From Octopus sinensis (Eukaryota): a DNA stretch of 64,000 nucleotides. The notes under the pieces are model-generated. The model saw only the letters and a program-made list of their open reading frames with translations. It did not search any database and was not told the origin of the DNA. The DNA lies in NCBI RefSeq assembly GCF_006345805.1, contig NC_043022.1, forward strand, positions 6,572,001 through 6,636,000, written 5' to 3'. Position 1 is the stretch's first letter; each line of letters opens with the position of its first letter. The position numbers were made by a program, and so were the translations under genes. This document shows positions 38,500 to 49,619 of the stretch, one piece after another.

Positions 38500-40020
38500 C
38501 CATGAGGCACATAAGGCACAAACATGGTCTCTCCAACTAGCTTTGTTTTCTGTCATTGTTCTGGTCTCATTCCAGCTTACCCACTCTTTTTGCCTCCTTT
38601 CCTTGTCAATGGTCCTTCACCATATGGTCTTAAGGGTGTCTTGCTGCTCTTTTCCCCCACAGGCCTCAACATTAGTGCCACCATACGATCACTTTCTCGA
38701 TCCTGTCTGAGGACGTGTCTGATCCGGTTCCTGCATCTCCGTCTTATTTTGTCTTTAATCCTGTTGGATCCTCGTTGTTGTCTCAATTGTGTCATTTCAG
38801 ACTCTTTGCAGCCACTTGATCTCAAGTATTCTCCTTAACCATGCCGACTGGAAGCCGTCCATTGTTTTGTCTTCTATTTTTGTCCCTTTCTAGTTTTCAC
38901 ATCCATAGAATGATACTGGTTGGACCAATGTCTTAAATAGCTTCGGCTTTGTTCCGCAGCCTATACCTTTGCTTCTCCATACCTTTGTCAGATGGTAGAA
39001 TACTCTCTGGGTTTATACCCTCCCTTCCCTCACCTTGTCTTTCTTGGCTGTCGCCCTGAAGTAAGCAAATTCTTCAACATCTTCCACCGCTTTGTCACCA
39101 TTTCTCACACAAGCCTGTTGTCTGGCATCGTCCCTTAGTGTTTTACATTTTTCTGGGTTGAGTTTAAAGCCAGTTCTGAGTAAAGGCATGAAGTGAGACA
39201 TCACAGAGAAAGTAGAGAGAGGAGTCAATGAGGCATTTAGGAAAGAACATTTTGGATTCCACAAGAAAAGAACCACAACCATGCAAATATTCCTCCTCAG
39301 AAACATTTTAGAGCAAGTCCAGGAGCAGAGAGCGACATTGCATGTCCACTTTGAAGAAGCCACTGAGAAAGACTAGGAGGAAAAAATGAGATTGTATGGC
39401 ATTCCTGATAAGCTGACAAGAATGGTGCAGGCTGTGTACAATAACTTGAGTGCACAGTAGAGGACAATGGGGACAAGACAAGATGGTTGAGGGTTACAAC
39501 TGGATGTGTTATGTCGGGTTTCCTGTTTCTCATGGCAATAGACTGGGTCGTGTAAAAAGGAGCACTCCATCAGTTACGACGACGAGGGTCCCAGCTGATA
39601 TGATCAACAGAACAGCCTGCTCGTGAAATTAACGTGCAAGTGGCTGAGCACTCCACAGACACGTGTACCCTTAACGTAGTTCTCAGGGAGATTAAGCGTG
39701 ACACACAGCGTGACAAGGCCAGCCCTTTGAAATACTGGTACAACTCATTTTTGCCAGCTGAGCGGACTGGAGCAACATGAAATAAAGTGTCTTGCTGAAG
39801 GACACAACGCGTCGCTTGGAATCGAACTCACGACCTTACAATCGTGAGCCGAATGCCCTAACCACTTAGCCACGCGCCTTCACATAACTGGGTCGTATAA
39901 AGAACAACAGAAAGGCATAGGAATGGATTTGATGGAACCTTAAGGGCATGCTTAAAGATTTCAACTTCAGGGATAATGTAGCATTACTATCATCCATCTA
40001 CAAACACATCCTGAGCAAAG
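38500..40020. mobile_element. RTE (BovB-like) LINE fragment with an inverted 5' segment
   Basis: The RT core reads on plus at 39190-40020 (QIFLLRNILEQVQE, LYGIPDKLTRMVQAVY, GFLFLMAIDWV); the continuation reads on minus from 39180 to 38500 (GFKLNPEKCK, EDVEEFAYF, KTLVQPV.FYGCE, IRHVLRQ). Confidence 0.8.
39557..39886 (-). mobile_element. tRNA-derived SINE inserted in the LINE
   Basis: tRNA-like head at 39885; 3' body shared with family C; TSD ACTGGGTCGT(G/A)TAAA. Confidence 0.85.
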
Positions 40021-40028
40021 CATACATA

Positions 40029-40260
40029 TTTCTTTATTACCCACAAGGGGCCAAACATAGAAGGGACAAACAAGGACAGACATAGGTATTAAGTCGATTA
40101 CATCGACCCCAATGCGTAACTGGTACTTAATTTATCGACCCCGAAAGGATGAAAGGTAAAGTCGACCTCGGCGGAATTTGAACTCACAACGTAGCGGCAG
40201 ACGAAATACCGATAAGCATTTCGCCCGGCGTGCTAACGATTCTGCCAAGTCACCGCCTCC
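40029..40260 (-). mobile_element. SINE family A
   Basis: Near-identical to the other family A copies. Confidence 0.85.
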
Positions 40261-40767
40261 AAAGCAAAGCATACAGACCAGTAGAGAACACTGACAGAAT
40301 CGGATTTATGTTAACCAATGTGATATCTCGTCAGCATCAAAAAGTTAGCTTAGCCATGGCTGTGTGGTTAGGGAGCTTGCTTCCTAGCTACATGGTTTCG
40401 GGTTCAGTCCCACTGCCTGGCACTTTGGGTAGGTGTCTTCCACTATAGCCCCCGAGCCGACCGGAGCTTTGTGATTGGATTCGGTAGGTGGAAGTTACTG
40501 CCGTGTGTGTATGTGTGCGTATAGCTGCTCAGTGCCTCTCCGAAAGAGAGAGAGAGGGATATCACTTCTCGATTCAAATTCTTACTGTCAACTTCGGTCG
40601 GAAAATGAATTCCAGCTAAGCAATTTTTTAACTTAATTCAGCCCGTATTCTCCCAGAAATATTTCTATGCAATTGTTTGATCTTTAGTTCCCCATTTTTT
40701 ATCTCTATTTATGTTATGACTTTTTCACTTTTACTCTGCTTATTTCAGCCTCGCCTCGTATTACATA

Positions 40768-41279
40768 TCTTTATATATAAAACTGTAGTTGTGTGAGTGT
40801 CTGTCTCCTACGATTTAGATTCCTAACTACTCCCACATTTTGCGGTGCAGTTTAACCAAAACCGGGTATCTTATAGTCGTGATTCATATCGAGCCCTTCT
40901 GGGTATTAGCGCGCGTCTACGATGTGTCTACGATTTTAAAAATAATTTAACATCATTTTTTATTCCATTTTAATGCATAATTTTTCGTGTGTCGATGGCG
41001 GCGGAGTTGGCGTCCACGCTCACACCTGCACCTGTTTGCTTCTCCCCTTCTTCCTTCCCTCGTGAAGCTGTGGGGAAGGGAGTTTAAGGAAATCAACGTC
41101 GTAATGCGTTGTCAAGGAGACCAGCGTTCTTTTAGAACAATGACTTCATGAATTGAAGACACCAAAACAGAAATGGCTAAGAAAGCCCGAATTGGCATCT
41201 ATAAGGGAAGTAACTCTCTAAAAATGCTTATATAGTTATTTCCCTTACAAACCCGAGCAACGCCAGGCGATACTGCTAG
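40768..41279 (+). mobile_element. Non-autonomous Helitron
   Basis: A|TC start, subterminal cccgagcaacgccagg hairpin, CTAG|T end. Confidence 0.8.
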
Positions 41280-41500
41280 TTATGTATAATTCATTAGTTA
41301 TTGTTGTCTCTCTCATGTCCTGTGTTAAATATATATATAATCCTATGGATCGCCCCCCTCCCCCCCTAATTTTATCGATCAGCCTCACGTCTCGTTAAAT
41401 ATAGAATAAATATTTATAATTTTATAGCTCCTTATTTTATATAAGTTTTTCCTTCCCCGCTCACACATGGCTGCTAGTTTTCGCGGGGTCGCCCGCCCTC

Positions 41501-44500
41501 CCACCCCCTCCACCGTTACAGGAAGTCCTAAATTTTCTCATCCTTGTTGTCTCCCATGTACACTTCAAAGTCTTACGCCACCCCCACCGCTACAGAGAGT
41601 CCTAAATTTTCTCATCCTTGTTGTCTCCCATGTACACTTCAAAGTCTTACGCCACCCCCACCACTACAGGAAGTCCTAAATTTCTCATCCTTGTTGTCTC
41701 CCATGTACACTTCAAAGTCTTACGCCACCCCCACCGCTACAGAGAGTCCTAAATTCTCATCCTTGTTGTCTCCCATGTACACTTCAAAGTCTTACCCACC
41801 CCCACCACTACAGGAAGTCTAAATTTTCTCATCCTTGTTGTCTCCCATGTACACTTCAAAGTCTTACGCCACCCCCACCGCTACAGAGAGAGTCCTAAAT
41901 TTCTCATCCTTGTTGTCTCCCATGTACACTTCAAAGTCTTACGCCACCCCACCACTACGGAAGTCCTAAATTTCTCATCCTTGTTGTCTCCCATGTACTT
42001 CAAAGTCTTACGCAACCCCACCGCTACAGAGAGTCCTAAATTTTCTCATCCTTGTTGTCTCCCATGTACACTTCAAGTCTTACGCCACCCCCACACTACA
42101 GGAAGTCCAATTTTCTCATCCTTGTTCTCCCATGTACACTTCAAAGTCTTACGCCACCCCCCCGCTACAGGAGAGTCCTAAATTTTCTCATCCTTGTTGT
42201 CTCCCCTGTACACTTCAAAGTCTTACGCCACCCCACCACTACAGAGAGTCCTAAATTTTCTCATCCTTGTTGTCTCCCATGTACACTTCAAAGTCTTACG
42301 CCACCCCCACCGCTACAGAGAGTCCTAATTTTCTCATCCTTGTTGTCTCCCATGTACACTTCAAAGTCTTACGCCACCCCCACCACTACAGAGAGTCCTA
42401 AATTTTCTCATCCTTGTTGTCTCCCATGTACACTTCAAAGTCTTACGCCACACCCCCACGCTACAGAGAGTCCTAAATTTTCTCATCCTTGTTGTCTCCC
42501 ATGTACACTTCAAAGTCTTACGCCACCCCCACCACTACAGAGAGTCCTAAATTTTCTCATCCTTGTTGTCTCCCATGTACACTTCAAAGTCTTACGCCAC
42601 CCCCACCGCTACAGAGAGTCCTAAATTTTCTCATCCTTGTTGTCTCCCATGTACACTTCAAAGTTTACGCACCCCCACCACTACAGAGAGTCCTAAATTT
42701 CTCATCCTTGTTGTCTCCCATGTACACTTCAAAGTCTTACGCCACCCCCACCGCTACAGAGAGTCCTAAATTTTCTCATCCTTGTTGTCTCCCATGTACA
42801 CTTCAAAGTCTTACGCCACCCCCACCGCTACAGAGAGTCCTAAATTTTCTCATCCTTGTTGTCTCCCATGTACACTTCAAAGTCTTACGCCACCCCCACC
42901 GCTACAGAGAGTCCTAAATTTTCTCATCCTTGTTGTCTCCCATGTACACTTCAAAGTCTTACGCCACCCCCACCACTACAGAGTGTCCTAAATTTCTCAT
43001 CCTTGTTGTCTCCCATGTACACTTCAAAGTCTTACGCCACCCCCACCGCTACAGAGAGTCCTAAATTTTCTCATCCGTTGTCTCCCATGTACACTTCAAA
43101 GTCTTACGCCACCCCCACCACTACAGAGAGTCCTAAATTTTCTCATCCTTGTTGTTCTCCCATGTACACTTCAAAGTCTTACGCCACCCCACCGCTACAG
43201 AGAGTCCTAAATTTTCTCATCCTTGTTGTCTCCCATGTACACTTCAAAGTCTTACGCCACCCCCACCACTACAGAGAGTCCTAAATTTCTCATCCTTGTT
43301 GTCTCCCATGTACACTTCAAAGTCTTACGCCACCCCCACCGCTACAGAGAGTCCTAAATTTTCTCATCCTTTTGTCTCCCATGTACACTTCAAAGTCTTA
43401 CGCCACCCCCCACCGCTACAGAGAGTCCTAAATTTTCTCATCCTTGTTGTCTCCCATGTACACTTCAAAGTCTTACGCCCCCCCACCGCTACAGAGAGTC
43501 CTAAATTTTCTCATCCTTGTTGTCTCCCATGTACACTCAAAGTCTTACGCCACCCCCACCGCTACAGAGAGTCCTAAATTTTCTCATCCTTGTTGTCTCC
43601 CATGTACACTTCAAAGTCTTACGCCACCCCCACCGCTAGAGAGAGTCCTAAATTTTCTCATCCTTGTTGTCTCCCATGTACACTTCAAAGTCTTACGCCA
43701 CCCCCACCGCTACAGAGAGTCCTAAATTTTCTATCCCTTGTTGTCTCCCATGTACACTTCAAAGTCTTACGCCACCCCCACCACTACAGAGAGTCCTAAA
43801 TTTCTCATCCTTGTTGTCTCCATGTACACTTCAAAGTCTTACGCCACCCCCACCGCGCTACAGAGAGTCCTAAATTTCTCATCCTTGTTGTCTCCCATGT
43901 ACACTTCAAAGTCTTACGCCACCCCCACCACTACAGAGAGTCCTAAATTTTCTCATCCTTGTTGTCTCCCATGTACACTTCAAAGTCTTACGCCACCCCC
44001 ACACCGCTACAGAGAGTCCTAAATTTTCTCATCCTTGTTGTCTCCCATGTACACTTCAAAGTCTTACGCCACCCCACCGCTACAGAGAGTCCTAAATTTT
44101 CTCATCCTTGTTGTCTCCCATGTACACTTCAAAGTCTTACGCCACCCCCACCACTACAGAGAGTCCTAAATTTCTCATCCTTGTTGTCTCCCATGTACAC
44201 TTCAAAGTCTTACGCCACCCACCGCTACAGAGAGTCCTAAATTTTCTCATCCTTGTTGTCTCCCATGTACACTTCAAAGTCTTACGCCACCCCACCGCTA
44301 CAGAGAGTCCTAAATTTTCTCATCCTTGTTGTCTCCATGTACACTTCAAAGTCTTACGCCACCCCACCACTACAGGAGTCCTAAATTTTCTCATCCTTGT
44401 TGTCTCCCATGTACACTTCAAAGTCTTACGCCACCCCCACCACTACAGAGTCCTAAATTTTCTCATCCTTGTTGTCTCCCATGTACACTTCAAAGTCTTA

Positions 44501-47500
44501 CGCCACCCCCACCGCTACAGAGAGTCCTAAATTTCTCATCCTTGTGTCTCCCATGTACACTTCAAAGTCTTACGCCACCCCCCACCGCTACAGAGAGTCC
44601 TAAATTTTTCATCCTTGTTGTCTCCCATGTACACTTCAAAGTCTTACGCCACCCCCACCGCTACAGAGAGTCCTAAATTTCTCATCCTTGTTGTCTCCCA
44701 TGTACACTTCAAAGTCTTACGCCACCCCCACCGCTACAGAGAGTCCTAAATTTTCTCATCCTTGTTGTCTCCATGTACACTTCAAAGTCTTACGCCACCC
44801 CCACCCTACAGAGAGTCCTAAATTTTCTCATCCTTGTTGTCTCCCATGTACACTTCAAAGTCTTACGCCCACCCCCACCGCTACAGAGAGTCCTAAATTT
44901 TCTCATCCTTGTTGTCTCCCATGTACACTTCAAAGTCTTACGCCACCCCCACCGCTACAAGAGAGTCCTAAATTTTCTCATCCTTGTTGTCTCCCATGTT
45001 ACACTTCAAAGTCTTACGCCACCCCCACCGCTACAGAGAGTCCTAAATTTTCCATCCTTGTTGTCTCCCATGTACACTTCAAAGTCTTACGCCACCCCCA
45101 CCGCTACAGAGAGTCCTAAATTTTCTCATCCTTGTTGTCTCCCATGTACACTTCAAAGTCTTACGCCACCCCCACCGCTACAGAGAGTCCTAAATTTTCT
45201 CATCCTTGTTGTCTCCCATGTACACTTCAAAGTCTTACGCCACCCCCACCGCTACAGAGAGTCCTAAATTTTCTCATCCTTGTTGTCTCCCATGTACACT
45301 TCAAAGTCTTACGCCACCCCCACCGCTACAGAGAGTCCTAAATTTTCTCATCCTTGTTGTCTCCCATGTACACTTCAAAGTCTTACGCCACCCACACGCT
45401 ACAGAGAGTCCTAAATTTTCTCATCCTGGTTGTCCCATGTACACTTCAAAGTCTTACGCACCCCCACCACGCTACAGAGAGTCCTAAATTTTCTCATCCT
45501 TGTTGTCCCATGTACACTTCAAAGTCTTACGCCACCCCCACCACTACAGAGAGTCCTAAATTTTCTCATCCTTGTTGTCTCCCATGTACACTTCAAAGTC
45601 TTACGCCACCCCCACCACTACAGAGAGTCCTAAATTTTCTCATCCTTGTGTCTCCCATGTACACTTCAAAGTCTTACGCCACCCCCCACCACTACAGAGA
45701 GTCCTAAATTTTCTCATCCTTGTTGTCTCCCATGTACACTTCAAAGTCTTACGCCACCCCCACCACTACAGAGAGTCCTAAATTTTCTCATCCTTGTGTC
45801 TCCCATGTACACTTCAAAGTCTTACGCCACCCCCACCACTACAGAGAGTCCTAAATTTTCTCATCCTTGTTGTCTCCCATGTACACTTCAAAGTCTTACG
45901 CCACCCCCACCACTACAGAGAGTCCTAAATTTTCTCATCCTTGTTGTCTCCCATGTACCTTCAAAGTCTTACGCCACCCCCACCGCTACAGAGAGTCCTA
46001 AATTTCTCATCCTTGTTGTCTTCCCATGTACACTTCAAAGTCTTACGCCACCCCCACCGCTACAGAGAGTCCTAAATTTTCTATCCTTGTTGTCTCCCAT
46101 GTACACTTCAAAGTCTTACGCCCCCACACCGCTACAGAGAGAGTCCTAAATTTTCTCATCCTTGTTGTCTCCCATGTACACTTCAAAGTCTTACGCCACC
46201 CCCACCACTACAGAGAGTCCCAAATTTTCTCATCCTTGTTGTCTCCCATGTACACTTCAAAGTCTTACGCCACCCCCACCACTACAGAGAGTCCTAAATT
46301 TTCTCATCCTTGTTGTCTCCCATGTACACTTCAAAGTCTTACGCCACCCCCACCACTACAGGAAGTCCTAAATTTTCTCATCCTTGTTGTCTCCCATGTA
46401 CACTTCAAAGTCTTACGCCACCCCCACCACTACAGAGAGTCCTAAATTTTCTCATCCTTGTTGTCTCCCATGTACACTTCAAAGTCTTACGCCACCCCCA
46501 CCACTACAGGAAGTCCTAAATTTTCTCATCCTTGTTGTCTCCCATGTACACTTCAAAGTCTTACGCCACCCCCACCGCTACAGAAGAGTCCTAAATTTTC
46601 TCATCCTGTTGTCTCCCATGTACACTTCAAAGTCTTACGCCACCCCCACCGCTACAGAGAGTCCTAAATTTCTCATCTTGTTGTCTCCCATGTACACTTC
46701 AAAGTCTTACGCCACCCCCACCGCTACAGAGAGTCCTAAATTTCTCATCCTTGTTGTCTCCCATGTACACTTCAAAGTCTTACGCCACCCCCACCAATAC
46801 AGAGAGTCCTAAATTTTCTCTTCCTTGTTGTCTCCCATGTACACTTCAAAGTCTTACGCCACCCCACCACTACAGAGAGTCCTAAATTTTCTCATCCTTG
46901 TTGTCTCCCATGTACACTTCAAAGTCTTACGCCACCCCCCCACCACTACAGAGAGTCCTAAATTTTCTCATCCTTGTTGTCTCCCATGTACACTTCAAAG
47001 TCTTACGCCACCCCCACCACTACAGGAAGTCCTAAATTTTCTCATCCTTGTGTCTCCCATGTACACTTCAAAGTCTTACGCCACCCCCACCGCTACAGAG
47101 AGTCCTAAATTTTTCATCCTTGTTGTCTCCCATGTACACTTCAAAGTCTTACGCCACCCCCACCGCTACAGAGAGTCCTAAATTTTCTCATCCTTGTTGT
47201 CTCCCATGTACACTTCAAAGTCTTACGCCACCCCCACCACTACAGAGAGTCCTAAATTTCTCATCCTTGTTGTCTCCCATGTACACTTCAAAGTCTTACG
47301 CCCCCCCACCGCTACAGAGAGTCCTAAATTTTCTCATCCTTGTTGTCTCCATGTACACTTCAAAGTCTTACGCCACCCCCACCACTACAGAGAGTCCTAA
47401 ATTTTCTCATCCTTGTTGTCTCCCATGTACACTTCAAAGTCTTACGCCACCCCCACCACTACAGGAAGTCCTAAATTTCTCATCCTTGTTGTCTCCCATG

Positions 47501-49505
47501 TACACTTCAAAGTCTTAGCCACCCCCCACCGCTACAGAGAGTCCTAAATTTTCTCATCCTTGTTGTCTCCCATGTACACTTCAAAGTCTTACGCCACCCC
47601 CACCACTACAGAGAGTCCTAAATTTTCTCACCTTGTTGTCTCCCATGTACACTTCAAAGTCTTACGCCACCCCCACCACTACAGAGAGTCCTAAATTTTC
47701 TCATCCTTGTTGTCTCCCATGTACACTTCAAAGTCTTACGCCACCCCCACCGCTACAGAGAGTCCTAAATTTTCTCATCCTGTTGTCTCCCATGTACACT
47801 TCAAAGTCTTACGCACCCCACCCCACCACTACAGAGAGTCCTAAATTTTCTCATCCTTGTTGTCTCCCATGTACACTTCAAAGTCTTACGCCACCCCCAC
47901 CACTACAGAGAGTCCTAAATTCTCATCCTTGTTGTCTCCATGTACACTTCAAAGTCTTACGCCACCCCCACCACTACAGAGAGTCCTAAATTTTCTCATC
48001 CTGTTGTCTCCCATGTACACTTCAAAGTCTTACGCCACCCCCACCGCTACAGAGAGTCCTAAATTTTCTCATCCTTGTTGTCTCCCATGTACACTTCAAA
48101 GTCTTACGCCACCCCCACCACTACAGAGAGTCCTAAATTTTCTCATCCTTGTTGTCTCCCATGTACACTTCAAAGTCTTACGCCACCCCCACCACTACAG
48201 AGAGTCCTAAATTTTCTCATCCTTGTTGTCTCCCATGTACACTTCAAAGTCTTACGCCACCCCCACCGCTACAGAGAGTCCTAAATTTTCTCATCCTTGT
48301 TGTCTCCCATGTACACTTCAAAGTCTTACGCCACCCCCACCACTACAGAGAGTCCTAAATTTTCTCATCCTTGTTGTCTCCCATGTACACTTCAAAGTCT
48401 TACGCCACCCCCACCGCTACAGAGAGTCCTAAATTTCTCATCCTTGTTGTCTCCCATGTACACTTCAAAGTCTTACGCCACCCCCACCGCTACAGAGAGT
48501 CCTAAATTTTCTCATCCTTGTTGTCTCCCATGTACACTTCAAAGTCTTACGCCACCCCCACCACTACAGAGAGTCCTAAATTTCTCATCCTTGTTGTCTC
48601 CCATGTACACTTCAAAGTCTTACGCCCCCCCACCACTACAGAGAGTCCTAAATTTTCTCATCCTTGTTGTCTCCCATGTACACTTCAAAGTCTTACGCCA
48701 CCCCCACCGCTACAGAGAGTCCTAAATTTTCTCATCCTTGTTGTTCCCATGTACACTTCAAAGTCTTACGCCACCCCCACCAGACAGAGAGTCCTAAATT
48801 TTCTCATCCTTGTTGTCTCCCATGTACACTTCAAAGTCTTACGCCACCCCCACCGCTACAGAGAGTCCTAAATTTTCTCATCCTTGTTGTTCCCATGTAC
48901 ACTTCAAAGTCTTAAGCCACCCCCCACCGCTACAGAGAGTCCAAATTTTCTCATCCTTGTTGTCTCCATGTACACTCAAAGTCTTACGCCACCCCCACCA
49001 CTACAGAGAGTCCTAAATTTCTCATCCTTGTTGTCTCCCATGTACACTTCAAAGTCTTACGCCACCCCCACCGCTACAGAAGTCCTAAATTTTCTCATCC
49101 TTGTTGTCTCCCATGTACACTTCAAAGTCTTACGCCACCCCCACCACTACAGAGAGTCCTAAATTTCTCATCCTTGTTGTCTCCCATGTACACTTCAAAG
49201 TCTTACGCCACCCCAACACTACAGAGAGTCCTAAATTTTCTCATCCTGTTGTCTCCCATGTACACTTCAAAGTCTTACGCCACCCCCACCACTACAGAGA
49301 GTCCTAAATTTTCTCATCCTTGTTGTCTCCCATGTACACTTCAAAGTCTTACGCCACCCCCACCTACAGAGAGTCCTAAATTTTCTCATCCTTGTTGTCT
49401 CCCATGTACACTTCAAAGTCTTACGCCACCCCCACCGCTACAGAGAGTCCTAAATTTTCTCATCCTTGTTGTCTCCCATGTACACTTCAAAGTCTTACAC
49501 CACCC
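41501..49505. repeat. 74-bp tandem satellite, ~108 copies
   Basis: Unit CTACAGAGAGTCCTAAATTTTCTCATCCTTGTTGTCTCCCATGTACACTTCAAAGTCTTACGCCACCCCCACC(G/A); highly homogeneous. Confidence 0.97.
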
Positions 49506-49619
49506 ACACCTCCTTCCATAAAAGGTAGTGGTCATTCATTGCAAGATATGTTAGTGTAATGTACACGGTTTGAACTTGAGTTTTATTGTTTGTCTATGAA
49601 TCCTGCCAAACGCAAGTTT

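Noticed and set aside
41501-49505. CRISPR-like array, or Pro/Ser-rich protein ORFs in the 74-bp repeats
   Set aside because: There are no unique spacers and no cas genes, and the context is eukaryotic. The ORFs just cycle through three frames of a 74-nt unit and hit the same TAA.
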